Below are positions 43,090-51,252 of a DNA stretch of 64,000 nt, in pieces. Position 1 is the first letter of the stretch. Every line of letters begins with the position of its first letter. The stretch is from Epithemia pelagica (Eukaryota; Protista; Bacillariophyta): positions 1,364,001 to 1,428,000 of the forward strand of contig OX337230.1 of NCBI GenBank assembly GCA_946965045.2, given 5' to 3'. The position numbers and the translations under genes are program-made. The notes below the pieces were generated by a model. The model was not told where the DNA came from. It ran no database searches and saw only the letters and a program-made list of their open reading frames with translations.

Positions 43090-43566
43090 GTGAAATACTG
43101 CTATATCTCGAGCTACAGGCACCGCGTACTTGAAGTTTTTTGATTATCTGTTGATGTTATACCTATTCTATCGATCTGGTGCATTACTTCAGGTACCAGC
43201 AGCCTCAGACGGCGATGGTGACCTGAAGCGGTGGCAGTTGTTTTCGTTTTCGAATACCATCACGAAATTATGTGAGGAACCGGAAAACTCCACCGCGTCC
43301 GCACCGCTAGAGTACTATGAGATAATTTGTACTGCCAAAAAAGGCAGTATTGGCAAGATTTGTACACAATTTTTGTACTTTAATAGACTAGGTATGGGGC
43401 GCGCGAAACCAGCTTGTAGGCTCTGGGACTGGGAACTGGGACGGCGCCCTATCTCCAGTTTCCTGTGCACTCTTTTTTGGTACTGTGCCCTTAGGAATAC
43501 TCGTAGAGGAAGCGGTTGTTAAGAACGATTGGGTAGAAACTCTCAAAGATCGAAATTATAAGCAGG

Positions 43567-46500
43567 TTATGCTACATTCCGTCGTACGACATCTGCCCAG
43601 CTCACTCGTTTCGTCATTGTCTTTGCTGTATTGCCTTTTTCTTCGTGACTGGTCGCGCGTCCGCGCCTGGCGAGCGCATCTTTCTGCTCATTTCCAACAC
43701 CCCCCACTCCTGGCTCACTAGGTACTAGGATGTCCCGGAGCTCTCTGAAATGAGTTGCGTCTCGGTGCTCTTTCGTCAACAGATCGGCCGGGTTCACCTT
43801 GCCTGGAATGTGGTATACCGCAACTTCCTTTGCATTGATAGCATCCCGAATTGCCACTTGTCGCATATTCAGGTGTCTCAGTCGTTTGGTTATAGCCCCA
43901 GTACTACTCCAGTCTACCGCTCCACGATTGTCGTTGTACACCGGGATAGCACGATGGACGTCAGGTAGATTGAGTTCTTCCATAAGGTAATGAATGTGCT
44001 GGGCTTCCTTCGTCACCAAGTCCATGGACTTGATCTCGGCTTCGCATGAGCTTCGGCTACACCGTTCTTCACGTTCTATTTTCCACCATATCAGTCCGCC
44101 GGTACGCAGAATGAGGGCACCCTGGAGTGATTTACATTCGTCATCACTCACCGTTCGCGTCTCTTCTTCCTCGGGGAGTGGTTTCGAGGCATCCTGGGGA
44201 CCCCAGTTCGAGTCGGTGAATTTCTCAGATTGTGCATGAGAAGGCGATGGAGTGTTCGGTGGCCATGAGATGTATCCGTGGATTGCATTGTCGTTCGATT
44301 TCTCAGTGAACGAGATCCCTCTGTCAGTCGTCCCGCGAAGATAGCGGAGTACATGTTTGGCCGCCTCGAAATGGCCTGGACTGGGGTTGGTCACATGTCT
44401 GCTCAATAACTTGTGCGCCACTGCTATGTCGGGTCGTGTGCTTATCGATAGCCATGTGAGACCCCCCATGAGGGACCGGTACGGACCGACGAGTGGATTG
44501 TTGTCTGGATTCTCGGTTGGGGACGGTATCCGGTCGATAGGTAGTCCGGATCGATATGGACTAGGTGCCGGGGTGCAGTCGCTCATTCCGAACTTTTGCA
44601 GAAACTGCTCAATGAAGCCGGGTTGCGAGATGTGTACTCCCACTCCATCATTCGCCGTTCTGTACCATTGGTACCGACACCCGAGAAAATATGACACTGC
44701 ACCCATAAAATCCACCGTCAGTAGTCCTCCTAGTGTGGTCTCAAACCACTTTTCCGACTCGGGATCCGCGCTAAAGTAGACAAAATCATCGACATACACA
44801 CCCACATACACCGGATCGGTCCCATTTGGACTCTCTCCGATCAACACACATGGGTCATTAACGCATTTCTTGAATCCCATCTGGCCCACCAGTACTTCGA
44901 CGAATTTGTCGTACCAGTGTCGTGGACTTCTACGGAGCCCGTACAGCGTCTTCTTTAGTTTCCAGTAGATGTTAGGTCGGCTGATTGGGCATCCCCTAGG
45001 GGGGGAGCAAATAACAATCTCATCCTCCGGCAACTCCGGTTGGCAAAAAGCGTTTTTGCAGTCCCCTTGTTTAGCCACTCGTCCGCATTCCACAGCCATG
45101 GAGATTAGCAGTCGGCAGCTAGTGGACTGGAGCACCGGCGCATACCGGTCGGAGTTGGTCCAGACCCGTTCTTCTAAATTTCCCAAGATCACGATACGAC
45201 TCTTGGCCCTATATGGGTTCCCCATTTCGTCGGGCTTGATCGTGAACACGTTCATTGTGGGAATTGCCGTGAAGCCTGCCTCTTGATACCGCTTGTATGT
45301 TTTCTCGTCTATTTCGTCGAACACATCCATGTTCACCAGACTACCGTGTTCCTCCCCATAGGAGTCGGTCCAAATCTTCTTGTCGTTCCCACTCAAGGTC
45401 GGCAGTTGCATCAACGACCCGGGAGCGCTCTTACGATCCAGTGTCACGGCGGATACGAACCGTCCCGTGATGGAAGCCCTCGGATCTAGAGTCCATCCAG
45501 GAACGAGCGTTCCTTCTTGCAACATATTCCGGTAAGTCTGCCCCAGACTGGGTAAAGACACTACTGTACGTTGATTGTTGGTGCTTGTATCGCGACCGAC
45601 AAACTCCCATTCTCCGCTGGCATCCAGTTGTAGCTCGCCCTGTACGTAACCCTGGTCTGCCACCTGGAGAGTAACTGGTTCCGACGGTCGTAACCAGGTA
45701 GGACGGAGAGGATCATCGTTCCATCCGACGGCTACAGCAGACGTGCCGTCTTCATCTTCTTCGCTGTTAGTAGCCGACTGCCGTGAGGGTCCTTGTTTCA
45801 GCTCGTTCACCCCCCATAGGGAGTCAGGTTCAATCTCGAGTGGATCGGTGGAGGCATGATCGGTAGGCGCGACGGTGTAGGTTGTAGTTGTGTTGGTCGG
45901 TACCTGTAGAACACGACCTTGATAACGAGTGGAATCCCCTGGCATCCGCCAATACACAGGAGTACCGGGAGGATAAATCGACTTCGCTAGCCCGTTGTCA
46001 CGAGCCCAGAGCGACAGCTGTAACCCCCCATCGTACACAAGGGAAGGGAAGGCGTCGCTGACGCCCCGGTCGACGTCCAGCGAGTAGTCGCTGGAGACCG
46101 AGAAGGTCTGCAGGTCCGGATTGTAGAAGAGGAGGCCATTACAGAAGTCACTGCGGCCGACGGCGACACCCACGAAGCTACGCGATTCGAACGTCTGACG
46201 ACGACGTTTCCCGTCGGACGGGCGGTGAAAGTACCCAATGGACCCAAATGGGAAGAGGACTCGAAAATCAGCGGGCCGTTCATAGAACAACTGTAACGGG
46301 GTACTCCATTTGGAGGGACCGACTTGGACAGGCAACAAATTCATCCGGTGGAAGGCCTCCCGGAGTGCCCAATACCAATATATCCGCGGGAGTTTGGCCT
46401 CGGCCAAGAACGACCGAGCCATGCGAACGCCAGTACGCCACGTGCGTTCCACTAGACCGTTAGAGGATTGCCGACGAGGGGCAGCAGAACGAACTTTGAT

Positions 46501-49500
46501 ACGGAGACTCTGCAAGAAGGCAGCCATCCGACCCCCCAGAAAGCGACTGTCAAAGTCACATTGGACAACCTTGGGAATGCCACCAGCGTCAATTAGGAAC
46601 CGCCAAAAGGCGTCTTGAAGATCGCCACCAGTCAGCCGAGTTAAACCATAGCTGAAGACCATACGCGTGGCACTATCCACAAGGGTAAGACAGTAATTGT
46701 AGCCACCGGGAGATATCCCAGAGCCGTAGCCAATGTCCATACCCACAAGATCAAGACGACAACGCTCGCGTCGACGAGAAGGGCCACGACGGCGCTGATC
46801 TATGGTCGTGAAATCGCCCACTGTGGGAGTGGACTCCTGGGCATGAACCACCTTGAGACCGGTACCCACTTCGCCGAGTAACGAAAAGTCTGGTAAATTG
46901 CGATTCCCAAAGAGACGATGCAACTCGAACGGGGTCCGCCGATGAGTGGTCGTGCCCCCTGTATCGGCCACGTAGCAAGACGGAAGGGGAGAAGGAGATG
47001 CTGCCTCTGTGTCACTGCGGGTTTGAGAACGTGTTTGGACACGACGACCAACCACGCGTAGAGCGCGACCGTACAAGACACTGCCGTGAGTGTCCGAGTA
47101 CTCAATCGATGAAGAGCTATTCGGAGGAATCGGGGAAATAGCAATCAACGGATCAGAGCCATCGTCGACGGAGAGCACGAAAGAGGGGAATGTGAGGTAC
47201 ATCCCGTGATCATCCGCAAGAAAACTGCAACCGGGTCCACGACGGCGATGAACGCGAATTGAAAGAAGGTGCACGTCCAAATCCGGAACGTGGTAGCAGT
47301 CGGCAAGACGTACCCGATGGCCGTCCACGACAAATTCCACTGTCCCACGCCCTGCGATAGGTACCCGACGGCCGTCGCCCATTTCAACATGCCGAGTAGA
47401 CAACGGTTCGTAATCTGAGTCCACAAAGAGACGACGATCCCAAAACATGTCGGCGGTGGCGCCGGAATCCGGACAAAGTAGAGAGCGGCCAGACCCCCCG
47501 CGACGCGAGGACGGACTACGGCGACACGTAAGGGGCTCCTCGGACGAGGACGACGGTAAAGACAGAAACTCATCCACTAAGACATTACTATCACTACCTC
47601 GACCGTCGATCAGCCAGTCTGTGGAGTGGTCATCTCGGCCGACCGAATCAGTCTCAGACCAATCGTCGTCAGACACAACCGAATCCGCATTCTGAACAGA
47701 AGGACAGGAGGTGTGAGAGGGAATGTCGCACAGAAGCCTTGAGGGACCAATCAACTTACAAGAATCTCCCGCGTCCTCGGAAGACGTCACCGTGTCCACA
47801 ACCACGGGGTCAGACGGAGTGCTCTGGGCCCGACGGCCCGCCACCGAATTCTCATGCTGGTCTCCACTAGCCTTGCGACCGGAAGGAAAGGACGACGCAC
47901 GTCCTTCCGGATTAAGTACGCTATCTTTCTCATAATCATAGGTCGTTGTAAACCCACACTCTTTGAGGATGGGACACTTCCACGTGGGGTGAATACCTCG
48001 CCCACCTTTCTTGTTGCCTTTGCGCAATATCTTACAAACCAGACACTTGTATTCTCGGTGTTGTTGTCGAGCCGCATCACCGCTGAGTTGAGCACCAACG
48101 GTGGTGTACCCATCAGGATCCTCCTCAGTATCGGCACTGACTCTCCGTCCCTTGATCGAACCGCCACCGTGCTTGCCATCCATAACTTCCATCGTTGATC
48201 TCGACGTGTAACACTGCTCGCGAAATTCTTGATGCATGGCGATGAACAGTTCCTGCGTGGTCATATTGAACAAGTCAATACGACCGCATTTGAATTCCTC
48301 CTCCAAGGTTTTCATGGCGTGTCCGTAGGGACCTTTCACCACCAAATAGTAAAAGCGCACGCGGAATTGGAGGTCGGTGATCTCGTATTTGTGGGTCTGA
48401 AGACGCACACGAGCCTCCTTGGCTCGGCGGTAGAAGGTGGTAAGATCTTCTTTATTTTTGTGAGACAAACGGTTCCACGTATCGAAGTCTTGTAAGAAGG
48501 AACTTGTATCGAAGTCTTGTAAGAAGGAACTTGTTGTCGTTGGATACGCGATTGCACGCAATCGTTCCAGCAGAAGGATCCCATCGCCATAACAACCATC
48601 GGACTGGAGCTCAGACAGGACACCAAGGGCCACGGGGTTCCTCTTGGCTTGAATTGAAATCACCGAGTGGTAATGGAGTTGCTGGGAGACCTGCTTGTCG
48701 TGAGGGTTGTCTGGAGTTGTCGTATGTCCTGGTATGGTAGTCCCGTCGTTAAGATGCCAGTGGTACATGTGCAAAATATTCCGCACAGACTCATAATATT
48801 GGTCGAAGATCTCGCCCGTGAATGCAGTGGCTGGAAACTCTGGGAAGCCTTTCTGCTCACGGCGGAGTTTGCCATTCGGGGTTTCGGAAAGCGACGACGA
48901 CGCGGAGCTAGGAGCGGACGGAGTTGGAGTTCCCCCCAGACCGACAACCGGCGATGGCAAAGCCAACGACGACACACCAGCTGGATGCAAGTCACGAACC
49001 ACGCGGGAAATAGTCGCGGCCGGGACGGATTGAGCAGCCAAGGCCGACTCCAAGCGCTGGGCGAAGGAAGCCGTAACGGTCGGAACCGAGGGAGACGGGG
49101 TCGAGGGTTCGGGAGACACGGTCGAGGGGGGACGGGGCCAAGGGCCCTGGGTGTACTGGACAGATGCCGCAGGAGGGAAGGGGCCGCGAGGAGGGACCAG
49201 ACGAGGGTCCCAACCGAGGTAACGGACCGCAGCAGCATAGGTGGAGGCACCAGCAAATTCAGGAGCAGTGTGGGTCAACGCACGGAAGTCGGCGATGCGG
49301 ACCCAAGCTTCCCCCCAGGAAGTATAAATACCCGGATTCCAACCTTGTTTCACCACGTAAAAATGTTTGCGAGAATGCTGAGTGGATCGGTTGGGCCCAA
49401 TATACCCACGTAAATAGGGATGGGACACGCCGCGATAATCCGCTTGAACGATGGTGCCCGCCAACACAGACGACGACGTTGCTTGGTAACGGACATACAC

Positions 49501-50127
49501 TTCGGAGGGCTCGAGGGTCACAGTCGGGGGAGGTAGGGGACCCGACGGTGAGGGTGGAGTTGGTGGAAGTGGTTCGTAGGCCAAGGGACGTCGATGGGGT
49601 GTTTCAATTTCGGAAGGAATGGGAGAAATTCCTGGTTGCAACGTTTCGGAAGATAAATTGCCGTAGTAGTCCATCGCTTCTTCAGCAGCCTCGATGGTAT
49701 CAGCAAAACTGATCGAGTCTTCGTAGACGGACTGATCACCACCTTGCATGATTACGGCCCTCGTGTATGGACTGTACGCGCTAAGAGGGTCCGAAGAGAG
49801 GGACGCGTCGGGGTCGGGACGATGCCGCGCCACTGTTGGATTGATAGGAGTTCCCCGAGGAGCAGGAACGACGACAGATTCTGTAACACGAGGAAGGCGA
49901 TGAACCGGTGGTGGATCCGACGACGGTGCGATTGACGTGGGATCATTTGAGCCGACCATCTGAGGTACCATGGAATACTCGTCCGGCTGTTCCGAGACGT
50001 CGTCGACCGATGGTGTATTGGGTCGAATGTGCAGGTGTTGCAACATTCGACCGAACGGAGTACGGAGTAGTCGAGGTTGTGAGAAGAATCCGCCAGGCGG
50101 ATCACTCATCGACTGTTGAGACGACAT
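43567..50127 (-). CDS. Copia Gag-Pol polyprotein (2186 aa) with N-terminal RNase H1-type hybrid-binding (viroplasmin) domain
   Basis: Protease CPDSGATADM; integrase GMDIGYG / QCDFD / NGLVER; RT KSRIVILGN, LYGLRRSPRHW, YVDD; RNase H FTDSNWG, YNDNRGA, NPADLLTK. The ORF runs 133 nt into the 3' LTR. Confidence 0.96.
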   Translation of the reverse strand: MSSQQSMSDPPGGFFSQPRLLRTPFGRMLQHLHIRPNTPSVDDVSEQPDEYSMVPQMVGSNDPTSIAPSSDPPPVHRLPRVTESVVVPAPRGTPINPTVARHRPDPDASLSSDPLSAYSPYTRAVIMQGGDQSVYEDSISFADTIEAAEEAMDYYGNLSSETLQPGISPIPSEIETPHRRPLAYEPLPPTPPSPSGPLPPPTVTLEPSEVYVRYQATSSSVLAGTIVQADYRGVSHPYLRGYIGPNRSTQHSRKHFYVVKQGWNPGIYTSWGEAWVRIADFRALTHTAPEFAGASTYAAAVRYLGWDPRLVPPRGPFPPAASVQYTQGPWPRPPSTVSPEPSTPSPSVPTVTASFAQRLESALAAQSVPAATISRVVRDLHPAGVSSLALPSPVVGLGGTPTPSAPSSASSSLSETPNGKLRREQKGFPEFPATAFTGEIFDQYYESVRNILHMYHWHLNDGTTIPGHTTTPDNPHDKQVSQQLHYHSVISIQAKRNPVALGVLSELQSDGCYGDGILLLERLRAIAYPTTTSSFLQDFDTSSFLQDFDTWNRLSHKNKEDLTTFYRRAKEARVRLQTHKYEITDLQFRVRFYYLVVKGPYGHAMKTLEEEFKCGRIDLFNMTTQELFIAMHQEFREQCYTSRSTMEVMDGKHGGGSIKGRRVSADTEEDPDGYTTVGAQLSGDAARQQHREYKCLVCKILRKGNKKGGRGIHPTWKCPILKECGFTTTYDYEKDSVLNPEGRASSFPSGRKASGDQHENSVAGRRAQSTPSDPVVVDTVTSSEDAGDSCKLIGPSRLLCDIPSHTSCPSVQNADSVVSDDDWSETDSVGRDDHSTDWLIDGRGSDSNVLVDEFLSLPSSSSEEPLTCRRSPSSRRGGSGRSLLCPDSGATADMFWDRRLFVDSDYEPLSTRHVEMGDGRRVPIAGRGTVEFVVDGHRVRLADCYHVPDLDVHLLSIRVHRRRGPGCSFLADDHGMYLTFPSFVLSVDDGSDPLIAISPIPPNSSSSIEYSDTHGSVLYGRALRVVGRRVQTRSQTRSDTEAASPSPLPSCYVADTGGTTTHRRTPFELHRLFGNRNLPDFSLLGEVGTGLKVVHAQESTPTVGDFTTIDQRRRGPSRRRERCRLDLVGMDIGYGSGISPGGYNYCLTLVDSATRMVFSYGLTRLTGGDLQDAFWRFLIDAGGIPKVVQCDFDSRFLGGRMAAFLQSLRIKVRSAAPRRQSSNGLVERTWRTGVRMARSFLAEAKLPRIYWYWALREAFHRMNLLPVQVGPSKWSTPLQLFYERPADFRVLFPFGSIGYFHRPSDGKRRRQTFESRSFVGVAVGRSDFCNGLLFYNPDLQTFSVSSDYSLDVDRGVSDAFPSLVYDGGLQLSLWARDNGLAKSIYPPGTPVYWRMPGDSTRYQGRVLQVPTNTTTTYTVAPTDHASTDPLEIEPDSLWGVNELKQGPSRQSATNSEEDEDGTSAVAVGWNDDPLRPTWLRPSEPVTLQVADQGYVQGELQLDASGEWEFVGRDTSTNNQRTVVSLPSLGQTYRNMLQEGTLVPGWTLDPRASITGRFVSAVTLDRKSAPGSLMQLPTLSGNDKKIWTDSYGEEHGSLVNMDVFDEIDEKTYKRYQEAGFTAIPTMNVFTIKPDEMGNPYRAKSRIVILGNLEERVWTNSDRYAPVLQSTSCRLLISMAVECGRVAKQGDCKNAFCQPELPEDEIVICSPPRGCPISRPNIYWKLKKTLYGLRRSPRHWYDKFVEVLVGQMGFKKCVNDPCVLIGESPNGTDPVYVGVYVDDFVYFSADPESEKWFETTLGGLLTVDFMGAVSYFLGCRYQWYRTANDGVGVHISQPGFIEQFLQKFGMSDCTPAPSPYRSGLPIDRIPSPTENPDNNPLVGPYRSLMGGLTWLSISTRPDIAVAHKLLSRHVTNPSPGHFEAAKHVLRYLRGTTDRGISFTEKSNDNAIHGYISWPPNTPSPSHAQSEKFTDSNWGPQDASKPLPEEEETRTVSDDECKSLQGALILRTGGLIWWKIEREERCSRSSCEAEIKSMDLVTKEAQHIHYLMEELNLPDVHRAIPVYNDNRGAVDWSSTGAITKRLRHLNMRQVAIRDAINAKEVAVYHIPGKVNPADLLTKEHRDATHFRELRDILVPSEPGVGGVGNEQKDALARRGRATSHEEKGNTAKTMTKRVSWADVVRRNVA

Positions 50128-50180
50128 CAGCAGGGATGGATACCCTGTGAGGGTCCTACCCGAGCACTGAGAAAGAGATT

Positions 50181-50199
50181 GCAGTTGGGCTCAGTAACC
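50181..50199 (-). other. Primer-binding site of element B, complementary to the initiator tRNA-Met anticodon arm
   Basis: GGTTACTGAGCCCAAC abuts the 5' LTR. Its complement reads GGG-CT-CA(G)T-AA-CC. Confidence 0.7.
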
Positions 50200-50405
50200 T
50201 GTTAAGAACGATTGGGTAGAAACTCTCAAAGATCGAAATTATAAGCAGGTTATGCTACATTCCGTCGTACGACATCTGCCCAGCTCACTCGTTTCGTCAT
50301 TGTCTTTGCTGTATTGCCTTTTTCTTCGTGACTGGTCGCGCGTCCGCGCCTGGCGAGCGCATCTTTCTGCTCATTTCCAACAGCGGTAAGCGGTAGCGTG
50401 ATGAG

Positions 50406-51252
50406 TAGAGCTCTGACCCTCCGTGACTGGTCGACGCGAACCCGATCAGCGCTGATCGCTCACCCTGAAAGTCATTGGGTGAGCATGTGGGTGAGCACGA
50501 TCAGCGCATGCGATACGAAGCAGCATAGCGTAGGTAGTCTCAGCCCTATAATAGCTTAGACAACATAGATATACAAGACAATGGACCCATTGCATGCCCA
50601 TAAAGGAAAGTATGCATAAAGAAACCTTAATACTAATCATAGGCTTATTCTGGAAGACAATATTCCAATTTGGTTCAGGAAGTCTTGTATGGAAGGCTGG
50701 GAGCTTCTTGATATCCTTGTAATCAAACTTGTCCATCCAATCAGTATCATCCATGGCCACTGCTTGTTTCTGGTGTTGTTGTGGTGATGCTAGACCGCCA
50801 CCATTTTTTCCTGCTTAACTTAGTTTGTGGGCATTGTTCCCCCTCCTTCTGGAGGGCGACAAGCTCATTCAAAGCTGCACTCCAAACTTTTGCCATTCAA
50901 CCTTCTGTAAGACAAGGCATTTTCTTGGATCTCGGATCCAATACATCAACTGTTGACCAGATCATCCATTTTTCTTGATCCAGACTTCGGAGGACAGATA
51001 ATTCTTGTCATAATGACAGCTGTGTCCTCACTGCCATCATCTTGTTCTGAATTACTGTCACATTCCATGGCGCTAATGGTTATTGTCTGTGGCTTAAACG
51101 TTCAATGCTCAAAGAGCTTTGATTGCGTGGTCCGTAGTAGGCGCTGACATTTGCTCACCGGATTCGCCGTGGTCAGTCGTTGCGGATCCTCGGATCAGCT
51201 AATCGGAGCAGCTGATCGGATCAGCTAATCCTTAGCGCGGGTCAGAGCTCTA
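50406..51252. mobile_element. Non-autonomous hAT-type element (847 bp)
   Basis: Perfect 14-bp TIRs TAGAGCTCTGACCC (50406-50419, 51239-51252). 8-bp TSD GTGATGAG (50398-50405, 51253-51260). Subterminal GATCAGC/GCTGATC motifs at both ends. Confidence 0.9.

Larger units (their letters stand above)
35369..43416. mobile_element. IS630/Tc1/mariner-like DNA transposon with cargo genes (8048 bp)
   Basis: Bipartite imperfect 45-bp TIRs (35369-35413 vs 43372-43416; 37/45 identical; outer 12 bp CAAGCTGGTTTC perfect). TA at both outer ends (35367-35368, 43417-43418). Contains a DDE transposase-like ORF. Confidence 0.72.
43517..50382 (-). mobile_element. Full-length Ty1/copia LTR retrotransposon, element B
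   Basis: Identical 183-bp LTRs (43517-43699, 50200-50382). TSD GCGGT at 43512-43516 and 50383-50387. PPT at 43700-43714 on the minus strand. Intact gag-pol. Confidence 0.97.

Noticed and set aside
41906-43143. Poly-N/Q/T/L/V/C ORFs in the satellite
   Set aside because: They arise from stop-free (AAC)n tracts. Unit lengths are not multiples of three, so no consistent protein is encoded.
30770-43490. Possible larger inverted-repeat element joining GTACCAAAAA at 30777 with TTTTTGGTAC at 43474
   Set aside because: Only ~10 bp match with no TSD, which is expected by chance.
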